In this document: positions 38,501 through 52,852 of the stretch, piece by piece
Layout: each line of letters starts with the position of its first letter
Numbering within the stretch: position 1 is the stretch's first letter
Source: the human T2T-CHM13v2.0 reference genome, Homo sapiens
Length of the DNA stretch: 64,000 nt
Strand: one strand, 5' to 3'
Assembly: GCF_009914755.1 (NCBI RefSeq)
Contig: NC_060944.1
Made by a program: the position numbers and the translations under genes
The notes under the pieces: model-generated
Told to the model about the DNA's origin: nothing
Database searches by the model: none
Seen by the model: only the letters and a program-made list of their open reading frames with translations

Positions 38501-41500
38501 TGGAGAAACTAAAGCATTTATGCCCACCCTGCTCTGCCCAAGTCATCCTAAAAGATTCAGCCAACATCAACTGAGTGCCTGCTATGTGCCTTACTCATGC
38601 CAGGCAGAACAGGAGACGGATGAAAGATAGGATCTTTGTCCTCCAGAAAGCCAGAATCCAGTGTGGTGTCACAGATGCACCTATAAATCCCTTCAAGATA
38701 TGACAGCTTATGCTAGGTGCTATTGAAAATGTCCAAATACAGCATCCTGATAGCTCCCATTTATCAAGTACTTAATATGTGCCAAACACTGTGCTAAGCC
38801 ATATTGTTTAAGTCACATAACTGTGCGTGACTTACCTTATAGAGGATGGAATGGAGACAATGAGAGGTAAAGAGACTTGCCTAGGATCTCAAAGCAACAT
38901 TGTGGCAGAGCAGAGATTAGAACCTATGTCTGTCTGGCTCCAAAGACCACATGACAGGAAAAGAACTGTTTGGAAAACTGGGCACCGGCCTCTCAACTTT
39001 CTAGCACTGAATGCCACACTTTAGAGGCGAACAGCAGAACACACAGGGGCCCTCACTAGATTTTGGGGGAATGGCCTGTTTCCTGGGCCCAGAATTGTAT
39101 GTGCATGTACTAACTGGGATTCTCCATCATGGGGACATCTGAAGCCAAAGGTAGGTGTGTCTTCCAAAAGGGAACAGAGCTCTCTCTGGGTAAAGGAGAG
39201 CTGAAAGGTCCTGAGCTCTTCTTGCTCCTTTGGTAAGTACTGAAAATGGAACAGGACTAGAAGGTATGGGATTCCCATGCTGGCTTTAACAGAAGGTTCA
39301 CAGCCTGCAGGAAGGCATGGTGGCTGCAGTGCACATGCAGTACGGTATCCTTTTCTCAGAGCCAGAGTAGAACTCTTGCTGGGGAAGGAGTCCTCTGCTG
39401 GAGAAGGGCCTGGCTTAGTGACAGCTCTGCAGAGCTCACCTGGTGGCAGCAAGTGCTGCCTCTTTTGCCAAAGCCCCATTTTGGAGGCCAAGGAAGAAAA
39501 TGCCAGACTTGGAGAAAGAAGAGCTCCCCACACCAGACAGGTTACAAAGAAAATGGTCAGTCCTGGGGAATGCCTAGGTCTTAGCAAGGGCTGGGCTAAT
39601 AAATCGCTCTATTTTAAGCCCACAGGACATAAGACAGATGCGAGAAAGAGAATGTCCTCCAAACTCTGAGAGCAAAGTTGAGCCTGGAAATAGGAAACCT
39701 AATCCCCAGCCTAGCATTCTTCCCACTTACCTCAAGGCATCCTTCTGTAATCGTTTCATATCTTAATTTCAACCTAATAAAACAACAACAAGAACAAAAA
39801 CCCTTTGATGGAGCCAGGTACTTCTGTGTATTATTATCTCATTTAACATAAGTGACTTGTGCTTCTATCAATGGATCAGTTAGTCCATTAGTTCACTCAT
39901 AATTACTTATATTCTACCTATTTCCAAAAAAAAAAGGTTCAAATTGGATTACAACAAAAGGCACATGTTATGGCCAAAAGAGCCAATTTTTTTTTTTGAG
40001 CAAAGATTTTGAAATCCGTCAGCTCTGGGCTTGTGACTTACTATGGCGGCCACAGCCAAGTCCTTTAAGTTTTCTGCTCCTTGGTTCTCCTCAGTTGTAA
40101 TATGGGGACACTCCCAACTCTATCACAAGGTAATTTGTAAGGATTAAATGAGATGATGTCTGTAAAATTCCTGGCACAGAGTTTGGCCCATAGTATGCAC
40201 CGCAACCAAAATAAAAGTAAAAGAAAAGACTTAAGTAATAAAGTCTGTGGGGGGCGGGAGAAGAAAGGGGATAATGAATACTTACATCAAAATATCTAAA
40301 TAAGGGAAGTGCTGTACTTTTTGGCAGTTGTGGCAAAAGGAAAGCGGGACTGCTATACCATTCTCATTGTTTAATAAAGAGAAGCATGGAAATTCATCAG
40401 GACAAAGAAAGTTCTTAATTCTCAATGCAGAAGGGCACATAAATACACGAGTGACTGTGTATGTTACACACATACACATGCTTATACCATCTCTCTCTCC
40501 AACAGGAACAGGGCAAACGGCTCTCCAGAGTCCTGCTGCCCCCTGACACCAAACTACTGCGGTGTACAGAGAAGTACTTCAAGAGTTAAAACATTTTTGT
40601 GCCAATATTTTAAGAGTGCAGAAGGTTCCAAATTACATGTAAAATAAACAATGCCAGACTGTGAAAACTCTTGGCTGCAACGTTCTCTGATGTTAACAAG
40701 AGTTTCTTTATTACTGTAACCTTTCAGAAGTGAATAAAAATTATTTCTCTGCCCTAGTTTTGCCCTCCAGTAAAAGTGAAGAGAGCAGTGACCATGGAAA
40801 GAGCTGTACAATGACCTCTCCTGAAGGCCGGGGGCTGGGAAGGGGGCAGTTTAGAACACAAAGCCTTCCATATATGCTTCTAGGTTAAAGGCTAGAAATT
40901 TAGTTTGTGCTGTGCTGATCATATTGTAAAATTTTACATTCCTAATACTTTTATGTAACCAAAACCCTTAGAGCGACAAGAAGGCATTTTCAAGAGCCCA
41001 ACCTGAGCTGGTGCTATGGAGAAAACCCAAATCTGGACCATGACCCCTCAACTACTCAGTGAACCCCCTTACTCAGAAACCGAGTCTGAAGTGTCCTTAA
41101 CAAAGAAGGAAGAAGTACTGTGTGTGACCAGTACTTAAGACAAAACATGTTACTACTCAGATCCTTAAGTGTGGATGAGTCTGTAAATATCAGACACACA
41201 CAAGGATCTCAAAATGGAGCTAGTCTGGATAAAGAGAATCTGCATTTACCATTGCAGGAGAAGTAAGAATGTCACCAAACAAAGCCAAACATTGTTTGTC
41301 TTCTCATACCAACTCGGTGCCTTTATCCACACTGTTCCTCTGCCTGGCATTCTCTTCTTGTCTAGCAAACACCTACTTATCTGAAAAGATTTAACTCAAA
41401 TGTCATCTATTCCCAGCCTGTCTCGAGACTCTGGGCATTCTCAGCAATTTAAAAACATTATAATTTCTTAATATTGTAATTATCTGTTTATGTTTATCTT

Positions 41501-41919
41501 CTCCTACTAGACTAGGGAGTCATGGAAAATGTCTTAATCATCCTTGTATCTCCAGTGCTTTTAGCACAGTACCTGGAAGCTAACAGGCCACAATAAAATG
41601 GATGGATAGATGGGTAAAACTTTGTTTGTGTCTGGGAACAGAAATCAGACAGAGAGTGATGAACTGCTAAAAAAACAGAACACAAGCTCTGGGACTTAAC
41701 ACAAGGCTAGCTTTTCAGACTTCCACAGAGTTGCAGAATGTTAAGTCTGGAAGAGAATGTAGAAATCATCTAACTCTCCTCCCCAGAGAGGTGATGTGAT
41801 TTGACTTACTCAGGCTTACCCGAAGAGTGGCCAGGCCAGGCAGAACTCGTTCCATTATGCCACACTGTCCCTTCTTACTACTGTCTAAAATTGTCGGTAA
41901 AATAAGTAATGATTAAGGT

Positions 41920-42005
41920 CACATATCTAATTTCATTATAAACATATCTAATTTCATTATAACTAATTTCATTATAACTAACACATATCTAATTTCATTA
42001 TAAAC
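41920..42005. repeat. Irregular tandem microduplication of acatatctaatttcattataa
   Basis: Three full copies and one partial copy. Confidence 0.9.
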
Positions 42006-42069
42006 AAATGAACAATGGAAATCATCTAGGAATTCAAACAACTTGATAAAAGACACAATATCTGAATTC

Positions 42070-42695
42070 TTCAAAAAGTTTACATAGTGTCACCATATGA
42101 CCCAGCAGTTCCACTCCTAGGTATACCCCTCAAGAAAGCTGAAAACTTATGTTCAGACATAAACTTATATATGAATGTTCACAGAAGCATTATTCACAAA
42201 AGCTAAAAAGTGGAAAGTGGAAAGACTAAATGTCTATTAACTGATTAATAGATTTTTAAAACATGGTATATCTACACAACAGACTATCCCAAAAAGGAAT
42301 GATGTCGGTCGGGGGAGTTGAGCAAAAAATAAATAAATAAAAAGAAGAAAAAAGACAAAAGAAGGAATGAAGTACTGAAAATATGCCACAACATGACTGA
42401 ACTTTGAAAACATTCTGCTAAGTGAAAGAAGCCAAACATAAAATACTGCATATTATATGATCCTATTTATATGAAATGTCCCAAATAGGTCAATCCATAG
42501 AAACAGAATGTAGAATAGTGGTTTCCAGGGGCTAGGGGTAAGGGGAACGGGTGTGACTGCTAATGGGCACAGGATTTCTATCTGAGGTAATTAAAATATT
42601 CTGGAATAGTGGTGATGGGTACATAATGCTGCAAATTTACTAAAAAGCAAATTTACATGTTATGGGATATAAATTATATCTCTATTTTTAAAAAC
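42070..42695 (+). mobile_element. L1MB/MC-type 3' region with a small insertion at 42303-42361
   Basis: caccatatgacccagcagttccactcctaggtata...gaaaacattctgctaagtgaaagaagcca. Confidence 0.85.
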
Positions 42696-42765
42696 AGAAA
42701 AATGGAATATCTGCCCTCTAGAAGCTAACTAACTGGAGAAGCTAGGACCAACATATAAGATGCCT

Positions 42766-42899
42766 GGCTAGGCGTGGTGGCTTATGCCCAGCACTTTGGG
42801 ATGCCAAGGTGGGAGGATCACTTGAGCACAGAAGTCCAAGATCAGTGTGGGCAGCACGGAGAGAACCCATCTCTACAAAAAAACCCACAAAAACAAAAA
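42766..42899 (+). mobile_element. FLAM-like Alu monomer
   Basis: Left monomer; taagatgc on both flanks. Confidence 0.75.
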
Positions 42900-43133
42900 C
42901 CTAAGATGCTTATGGACTGAAAGGTTCAATGCTACAATACAAGTGGATACTGTGGAAGTTAGAGGAAGAAAGAAACAACACTTGGGTTAAAAATCTTAAT
43001 GCCAATGCTAGAGCCATAGTTTTTAGTTTCGTACAGAGTAGTAATTAAAAGCACAGGCTCTAGAGTCCAGAAGGTTTGGGTTCCAATCCAGGCTCCCATA
43101 TTTACTGTGTAAGTCTAATTAAATTGCCTAACA

Positions 43134-43608
43134 GTGGTAGGTAGGCTGAATTTGGTCTCCTAAAAGATATCCATGTCCCAGTTCCTGGAACCTGTGCGTG
43201 TTACCTTATATGGCAAAAAAGGATTTTGCAGCTGTGATCAAATTAAGACACTTGAGATGGGGAGGGAATCCTGGATTACCCAGTTGAGCCCTAAATGCCA
43301 TCACACATATCCTTCCTTTTAAGAGAGAGGCGGAAGGAACTTAGGCTCAGATAGAAGAAAAGGCAACATGACTACAGAGGCAGAAATTGCAGTGATGCAG
43401 CCACAAGTCAAGGAACATCAGCAGCCACCAAGAGCTGGAAGGGGCAAGAGTCTCCCCTAGAACCTCCAGAAGAAGCACAGCCCTGCCGACACCTTAATTT
43501 CAGCCCCATGAAACTGATTTCTGGCCTCCGGTACTGTAAGAGAATAAATTTTTGTTGTTTTAAACCACCAAGTTTGTGGTAATCTGCTGTAACTGCTATG
43601 GGAAACTA
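43134..43608 (+). mobile_element. MLT1 (MaLR) solo LTR, MLT1C/D-like, inserted in a MIR
   Basis: aaagatatccatgtcccagttcctggaacctgtg...gaataaatttttgttgttttaaaccaccaagtttgtggtaat. Confidence 0.85.
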
Positions 43609-44061
43609 TCTCTGAGCCTTAGTTTCCTCATCTGTAAAATGAGGCTAGAAATGTTACTAATCTCACAGGTAAGACTGTTGCAAAATGTTATAAAATTCAA
43701 ATGGTGCTTGTAAAGTGCATGAAAAAAAGAAAGTGCTCAATAAATGTTAGCTATTACTATTGGGGAACTCTGCTTCTGAATTATGCTGAAATCCTCAAGT
43801 TTCACATGTCGTTAGCCCATGCCTAGACCCTGCTCCTCTTAGCGAGGAGAACAGTAACAGTGGCAACAAAGACACCCGAGTTCTACTCTTCAGTGTTTCT
43901 AATTTGTACGCAGCTCTTCCAGAGCCAATTTCCCAATCATCTAAATGATATAATTAGTTTAGGAGCAGTGGTTCTCAAACTAGAGAGCTGGTGAAAAGAC
44001 AGACTGTTGGGTCCCACCCCAGTTTTCAGAAGATCAAGGGTATGCCCTAGAGCTAGCATTC

Positions 44062-44356
<295 letters not shown>

Positions 44357-45434
44357 TGAGCTAGCATCCCTAACGAGTTCCCAAGCGATGCTGAGGCTGC
44401 TGGTCTGGGGACCACACTTTTAGATCTCTGGATCAGATTATTTCAGGGTTCCTTTCCAGTTTAAACAGTCTAAGATTCCCCAGTAACATCCAACAGATGC
44501 AGCACTCAAGTAATAAACACTGCTGTACCATGCTGAAATAGCCTTAAAACTAAGTTCTTTCCTAAGTAAGAGTGGGAGGCCTTGGAGGCTGAGTATGAAG
44601 TACATGGTAAAGACTAGTTTTAACTTCTGAACTCAGCAGATTGAGAAATCTAAAGCAATGGTGGAAACAGGAAGAGACTGTCCCCTTATCTAACATGTTG
44701 GCCCCATTTTAATTTATCTTAATCCCACCTTTCTGCCTTTTCACCAGACCCCTCCCCGTCACGGTCTCCTCTAGAAACACATCTAGGTGTCTCCTGAATT
44801 CATTTATTGGCTTTGCCGCACACAGTATAATACCGCCTTTGTTAGTCTCCTGGCCCGGCCCCTTCAAGCACGGTGTTCAGTCTCGGTGTTCCTCTACCCT
44901 TAAAAAAAACACACAACCAAGGAGTCTCTGAAAAATAATTGTAAAATCAACTAAGGCAAATTCAGATGATGTAGAGACACTCAGACTCTAAACGATGGAA
45001 AAAGAAACAAATTCAGAACATTGTCAGCATTCTCATGTCTTTTTTTTCCCCCTTAATCTCTATTAGTCCTGTTGAGTAGGAAGTCTCTGCCGTATTGGAT
45101 TAGAAATTGAGTAAAAGAGGCCTCAGGCTTGGGAGTGCACTGAAGAAATAAATGGAATGCCTTTAGATTCAAGAAAAGCTGTCCTCTTGGTCTTTGGCAG
45201 TCCTTGGTAATAAGACAGGAGAAAAGGTTTCTTTCTTTCAATTGGAAGGTACCATGGTATAGTAAAGAGGACACTGGACTGGAAATTGGTGTAATCTGGC
45301 CTTGGTCCTCATTCTGCTATTCTCTAGCTGTATGACCTTGGCCAAATCAATGAACTTTTCTGGGCATCCATTTCCTCACCACAGAAATGAGAGGGTAGAA
45401 CCTTAACCAGAAATATGTATTAGAAATCTTTTGG

Positions 45435-45778
<344 letters not shown>

Positions 45779-46616
45779 GGAGAGATTTTTCAAAATGCAT
45801 ATACCTGAGCCTCTTCACAGACTCAGAACCGCTGAATAGAGAACCTCTGAGGTACCCAGTCTGACATTCCAAGGTTCATCCATCCTATAAAGCAGATTAA
45901 GTGTATAACCAGGCTTAAATGAGAGCCAGGGAACCCATGAGGCAGGGCAGAGAAAAACCGGACCTTTTTCAAAGGGGGAGGGTAGTTAGAGAAATTGAAT
46001 CCAAGTGTAATCAGAGAAGATCATTCTTCAGTCAGTATTTGGAATACAGGGCTAGCCAGATGCTAACAAAAGAAGCAAGTATTTATGTTCATCCAACACA
46101 TATTTGAGTAGTGACTACGGTAGGCATGTGGTTTAAGACACCAGAAATCCAAGAATCCTTATCCCATCTAACAGGAGTGACCTACATAAACCATGAGCAC
46201 ACCATGGTAAGTTCAGAGAAGGGAGTGGCCAGATATATGAACATTATTGGTGAATACTGGAAAAAGCTTCTTGGAGGAGGTGTTATCCAGCTTGTGTCTT
46301 ATAGTGCCATGAGCAGACAGGGGAGAAGACCAGATCAGACGGAATAGCATAAACAAAAGCCTAGAGGCATAAAAGAACACAGCACACTTACGGCACCAGT
46401 GAAAGTCTGGCATGAGAAGAATATGTATTTGTGTGCATGCACTTGAACTTTTTTGGAGGGAAGGGGTATGATTTGTTGCAGATTAAACTAGAAGAATGGG
46501 CTGGAGCCAGAACATGAATACTTCTTTTCTCTCCAATTTTTTGCTTTGAAGAATTTCAAAGAATTTTTAAAGGATGTAAGAGTAATACAACAAAAACTCA
46601 TATAAGTTGTTTTGAG

Positions 46617-46807
46617 ATCTGCAACTTCAAATGGTTCAGCAAAAGAAAAGGGTGTGTATATGTATGGGTAGAGATAAAGCAAATGTTGCAAAAGATTCAG
46701 CATTTTGCACAATCTTAGATGCACAATTTTTTTTTGCAACATTTGTTTATCTCTATCCATACATCTACACATCCTTTTCTTTTGCTGAACCATTTGAAGT
46801 TCCAGAT
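46617..46807. repeat. Long inverted repeat (77/76-nt arms, 38-nt spacer) in an old L1MC/ME remnant
   Basis: Arms differ by 4 substitutions and 1 indel; mirror ORFs MVQQKKR on both strands. Confidence 0.93.
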
Positions 46808-47289
46808 ATCAAAACATTTTACCCCTAAATACTTCAATATGTATCTGCTAAGAACAAGCACGTTCTCCTATGTAACTACAAGGGTTCTATATGCATCCTT
46901 ACCCACTCTAATAGGAGGGATCTATATAAACCAATAATTACAGCACATCATGGTAAGTTCTATCTCTGAAGTTGGTGTAGTGCTGCAGTAACGCAGAGTC
47001 CGATGTGCCACTCAGGACAGGACTGGCACCCTGACTGTATGCACCTATGCATCTGACCAGTTGTAAAACTGCCTGAGGCACCTACTCCTCGAACTCTTGC
47101 TACCTCTTAAGGCCTAGGGGTAGGAAACATGTGTAAAGAAAGGCATGTATCTACCAGACGTACATGTTCAGTAGGACCCTGCTTAAATTCGTAAGCCAAT
47201 CCCAAAATGGAATTACTCTGACTTCTTAGAATTTAGCCTTCTCTCCCCTAATAACTGACTATCCACTCCAACAGCTCAGGCCATTTTAG

Positions 47290-47565
<276 letters not shown>

Positions 47566-47764
47566 ACTATACCTTTTAATGTGCTCCTTGTCTTTAAAAA
47601 CAATACCTTTGGCAGTGAGTTTTAATTCTGACCTAGAGATGCAAAACAGTAAAATTTTTATATCGTAAAATAGAAGAGGTCTGAAAATTTTTGTAGGGAA
47701 AGAGAGGCGATTTGGTGACAGGTGGTGATTACAGAGGCCTGAAAGGAAATTTTCAGAAAAACTA

Positions 47765-48138
<374 letters not shown>

Positions 48139-50609
48139 CTATGTATAACCTGGGGTTTTTAAAAAATCAAGTAATTCCATTAGAAGATGGAAAAGTATGG
48201 GAAAAAGGAACTGAACAGTTGATGGTGGGGGAAACGATTTATTTCCTTTTCTTCCAATATTTAAGACTAACACAGCAAACAAATATCCTCAGAATAAAAA
48301 ACGGTATCTCCCTGCCCCACTTTTTCCAGTACTCATTCTGGGCCTGCAGGACTGGCTTCCTTCATTCTTCAGATAGTTACTGGGCACCTATTCAGGAAAG
48401 GGGCAATAACAGGCACTTTGGAGACAGATGTACGTGATCCTGCACCACAGGAATTCACCTGGAAGACAGTCAACATAAGTGAATAACAGTGATACAAAAT
48501 AGAAAGAGTAAGAGCTGGAAGAAGGGTAGATATAAATCATTAAGGTACTTCCTTAGGGGAAACTGGGATTGGCTTCCAGTTAGCTGTGGAAGGATGTGAA
48601 GGAATTGAGGCTGGGGTGTTAGGGCAATCTAGGTGTATGCATGGAGTGAGCAAAGACACAAGACAGAAATAGCAAGGAATTCAGCTTGGCTGGAGTGAAG
48701 GGTATGTGAAGCAAGGATGGAATGTGATGTTCACTGAGTGCTTACTAAGTGCCAGGCACATGTGCTAGTAGGTTTCACATATTTAAGGTTCAAGAAGAAC
48801 TAGAGGAAATGAGTTTGGAGAGGTGGTCTGGAGTGTGATCGTAGAGGACCTTACAAAGCAAAATGGTGGTTCTGAGAAGCAAGGCAGAATTACACAAGAG
48901 TCAAGTTCAGCCCACAGTTCCTCCATTTTTCCTAGGCCCTCTGCATCATCCCATCAAGCAGCTCTGCTAGAGAGTGAGCAGGGGACCATGAGGTGACAGA
49001 AGGTGCATTCTTATTCCAGAAGTCTCACTGAGGCAACAGGCATGCCAGGGACCGCTGATAAGGGTAAACTGTAATTTCTCAACTACAGCCCACTCCCATC
49101 CCTTCCCATCTCTGTCTTGGAAAGCTTGAGCCTGCTCATTGTGAGCCACAAGGTGGAGATGTCTGGCAGGGCAGAACTGAGAGGAAGTCGTTTAGCCAGC
49201 CTAAGGTTACCATTAACACTTTGAGCCACTGCCGTGAGCTAATTTTTATGTTTGTTTTTTAAGTTTGGTTGAAATGTCACAAATGGAAAAATTAAGTAAA
49301 GCGCCCTGGTTAGCCACAAGACTGGACACACCTGGCTGCAAACCCAGCAAAAGAAACTTACTTCATTAGTAGGAGAGGCAGAGAGTGAAATTTACATCTG
49401 AAATCTGCCTGCACCAGGAGAAAGTGCTGAGGCCAAAGGCGCTGTCTGTTTTTACAGCTGTGTCAAGACTTAGTTCTTTACTCTTACCAACACTCAGGAG
49501 TGCGGCAAGGGCCCAAGGAAAAATGGTCTCCAAGCTCTTCAGCTGCAACTCAGCTCACAAAGATTTTTAAGAAGCAGTTAATGAAATAAAACTAGACCAG
49601 ATGAGGTGATATAATGAACTTTATTTCCACAGCTAATTTATAAGTTTAAATCCCAAATAATGTTTTTTTAAGTCAGAACACTCTAAATTATTGATGTGAT
49701 TTTTGTAACCTCAAATTTAACACCTGCTTTTTGTACCAGCTTCACGATGATATATGAGTCTGCTCCATTTTTCACAATAGTTGGGCTCCAAAAAGTTGGT
49801 GAAAAGCAAATTTTTGTAAAATAAAAAATTTCCCACCAAATCAGAATAGAATTCTAATTTCAAAGGAGTTTTTGATGCAAATTTATTATTCATCACTAAC
49901 TCGAAAGTGGCTCTCTTATTTCTTGATCTTCCACACACCAATCCACTCAAAGCAATCACCTCTAAGTTTTTGGCATGAGAAAAATCACTACTACATTGAT
50001 TGGTTTTATAAATTCTACATTTTATATGTTTTCTTACAGAGGTACACCTGGGATGCCAAATAACACAGAGATAGATTTGCAAATTACCACCTTCAAACCA
50101 TAGATTTTCAAGCTGAAAAAAAGCTGAAAACTTGGGGCTCATGTAGTTAGGCCTCCCCTGTCCCCACCTTTCTTTTAATACAGAAACTGAAGCACAGAAG
50201 AGGAAAGATTTGCCAGTCAGGGTGAGAACCAGGCCAGACTGGCTCTACACTGCCTATTACTTCTCCCTAGCCACGTGTCCCATTTATAGGTTGTACACAC
50301 ACGGAAGACTGAGATCCCCTCAAACACACACATGCACTCACACTCATCCATGCATGCACTCACAACCCAGTGATTAATATACAATTGTCTTGCCTATATA
50401 AGGCGTGTCTATTTATGCCATGAGGTTAGAAAGAAGGTATCAAGTCAACTATAGCAGAAAGCAGTAATAGTAATTCCCCAACTCTTCCAAATCTCTATTA
50501 TTTTAAAACCATCATCCTTTAGTTATAGTCTTTGTAACTAAACCGGAATTTGGGCACTTCTCTTCATGAAGGCAATTTAAGAGCCTGTATTGGGGGACCA
50601 CCTAAAACC

Positions 50610-50785
50610 TTGCTATTGTCCCCTACCCCACCCTGCGTCACTAGCAACATCCGCATCACCTGGAAGCTTTTCAGAACTGTAGATTTTCTCACCCCTGTCC
50701 TGAAACTTACTGAATCAGAATCTGTATTTTAACAAGATCCTCAGGTGAACCATAGGCACATTAAAGTATGAGAAACGCTGATCTA
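50610..50785. mobile_element. MER5A remnant
   Basis: gcatcacctggaagctt...tactgaatcagaatctgtattttaacaagatcctcaggtga. Confidence 0.75.
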
Positions 50786-51557
50786 AAACACTCCCTTATG
50801 GGGCAGCACCCTATCTACAACAATCCAAATAGAAAAAACGGCTGGATAAAATGCGATAGGGGAAAAATTCCCCAATTCCTGCAGGACTGCACTGATATAC
50901 ACTTGGATCAGAGACTAATAAAGCAGGTATGATTTATCTAATAAATGTTAGCTTAAAAAAGAATTCCAAAGGCTGGTATTCAATATATTCATTTATTTGA
51001 CAATTATTTATTCATTTGACAATTATTCAATGTTTACTGCATAAGCAAAAAACTGAATAAGACGGTTTTCTGCTTTTATAAAACTTACAGTTAAGTAGAA
51101 GGGACACTGCATAAGAAGTAACATGGGAGAAGGCTCAAGTGTTGACAACTGTGATGAAGAGAGATGGAGGTCCAGAAGGAAATTCAACTGTGGCGAGAGG
51201 CAACTAAAAGGTTCCTGCAGTCCAGGAGTCAGCAACCTATGGCTCATTAAGCTATTCAGGATAGAGACAGCTGTGGCTCATATGGCTAGTGAGACAACTT
51301 CCAACAGAGTTTAGTCAACAATGATAAGAAGAACAGTTTCACTACAGGAAGAGCTACTGCGCAACTGCCTGGCAGTCAGCCAGGGCTTTGGCTGACCAGG
51401 AGGTATCTCTGGCCATCATTAAATAGGACTGAGACTGCCAACACCACCTTATGTCCACTGTGCACTGCTACAGAGTTGGGTGGTAAGTACTTGAGGGCAT
51501 GTGGGAACATTCAGCTGGATGAATACCTTAAAGGCTGCCGATCTCACTCTGGGCAGC

Positions 51558-52387
51558 TGTGATATTGTGAAATATATAGTTGGTCTTCAACTCCCTTCCT
51601 GGCATACAACTCCTAAAATCTTTGGCCTTTCCAAAGTGGTGTCATTTTGTATGCTAATGATTGGTGGCTGGCGCACTTAGGTAGCTTCAGGGTAGGGGCT
51701 GGTCACTGAAAAACCAAGGGAGGATTAGAAGGTTAGGACTTTCTGTCCCATCTCCCAACCTCCAAGGAGGGCAGAGAGGCTGACTGATTTCCAATGGCCA
51801 GTGGTTTAATCAGTTGTGCCTACATAATGCAGCTTCCATAAAACCCTTAAAAGGACTGGGTTTGGGGCACTTCCAGATAGCTGAACAGGTGGAGGTTTCT
51901 GGACAGCTGCACACCAGGAAAGGTATGGAATCTCCTCACCCCTTCCCCCATCTTGTCCTATGCATCTCTTCATCTGTATCCCTTGCAATATCCTTTATAA
52001 TAAACCGGTAATGTAATAAGTGTTTCCCTGAGTTCTGTGAGCCGCTCCAGCAAATTAATTGAACCAAAGAAAGGGGTGGGGAACCCCAATTTATAATCGG
52101 TTGGCCAGAAGCACAGGTAAAACAGCCTGGAGCTTGCAATTGGTGTGGCAAGTTGGGGGCAGTCTTGTGGGCAGAGCCCTCAACCTGTGGGATCTGACAC
52201 TATCTCCGAGTACACAATGTTGGAATTGAATTGGGTTAGAGGACACCCACCTGGTGACCTCTCTCCAGAATTGACTGCCTGTTTGCTGTGTGGGGAGAAA
52301 CTCCCACAAATGTGTCACAGAAACCTTCTGTGTAATTGTAATTGAGTGAGAGAGCTGAAAAAATACTTTTTTTCTCTATATTACACA
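51558..52387 (+). mobile_element. MER21 (MER21B-like) solo LTR
   Basis: TG...CA ends, starts tgtgatattgtgaaatatatagttggtcttc; 5-bp target-site duplication gcagc at 51553-57 and 52388-92. Confidence 0.85.
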
Positions 52388-52852
52388 GCAGCTACGACAG
52401 AAAGAAAGCAAAAAATGAAAAAGGAACCAAAAAGGATGATTACAAAGATAGCTCTCAGGCGAAGGATACGCATCAACTCAAAAATGGTTACTTTTCTCCT
52501 TCCTTGAAGGTAAGAAAAAATAACATAAAAAATAAAAAAGGTTACTTCTGGGGAGTTAGACTGGGGGGAAAAAAGACACTTGTTTTTTACACTCAATACT
52601 TTTTACTCTTTGATTTCTATTCTATGAGCATATGTAACTTTTATAATATGTTTATTTCTCAGTCCACAGGGAGAACTTTGCCCTGTAATGAAAGAAACCA
52701 AATTAACCCATTTCATGACCCAGTCATGGTTCTACTTTGGATGCTCCCAAGCTGGGAGGCAATGAAATGCTTCCCAGTAACAGGGAACTACAAGCTACTA
52801 AAACGTGATCTAGATACACAAAATACACAACATAAACAAAAGAAGATACTAG

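Noticed and set aside
38831-38885. Strong minus-strand donor AAG|gtaagt in a MIR
   Set aside because: No convincing acceptor with a pyrimidine tract nearby.
39021-39669. Overlapping 188-aa and 130-aa ORFs
   Set aside because: No recognisable domain or exon structure; consistent with chance in intronic DNA.
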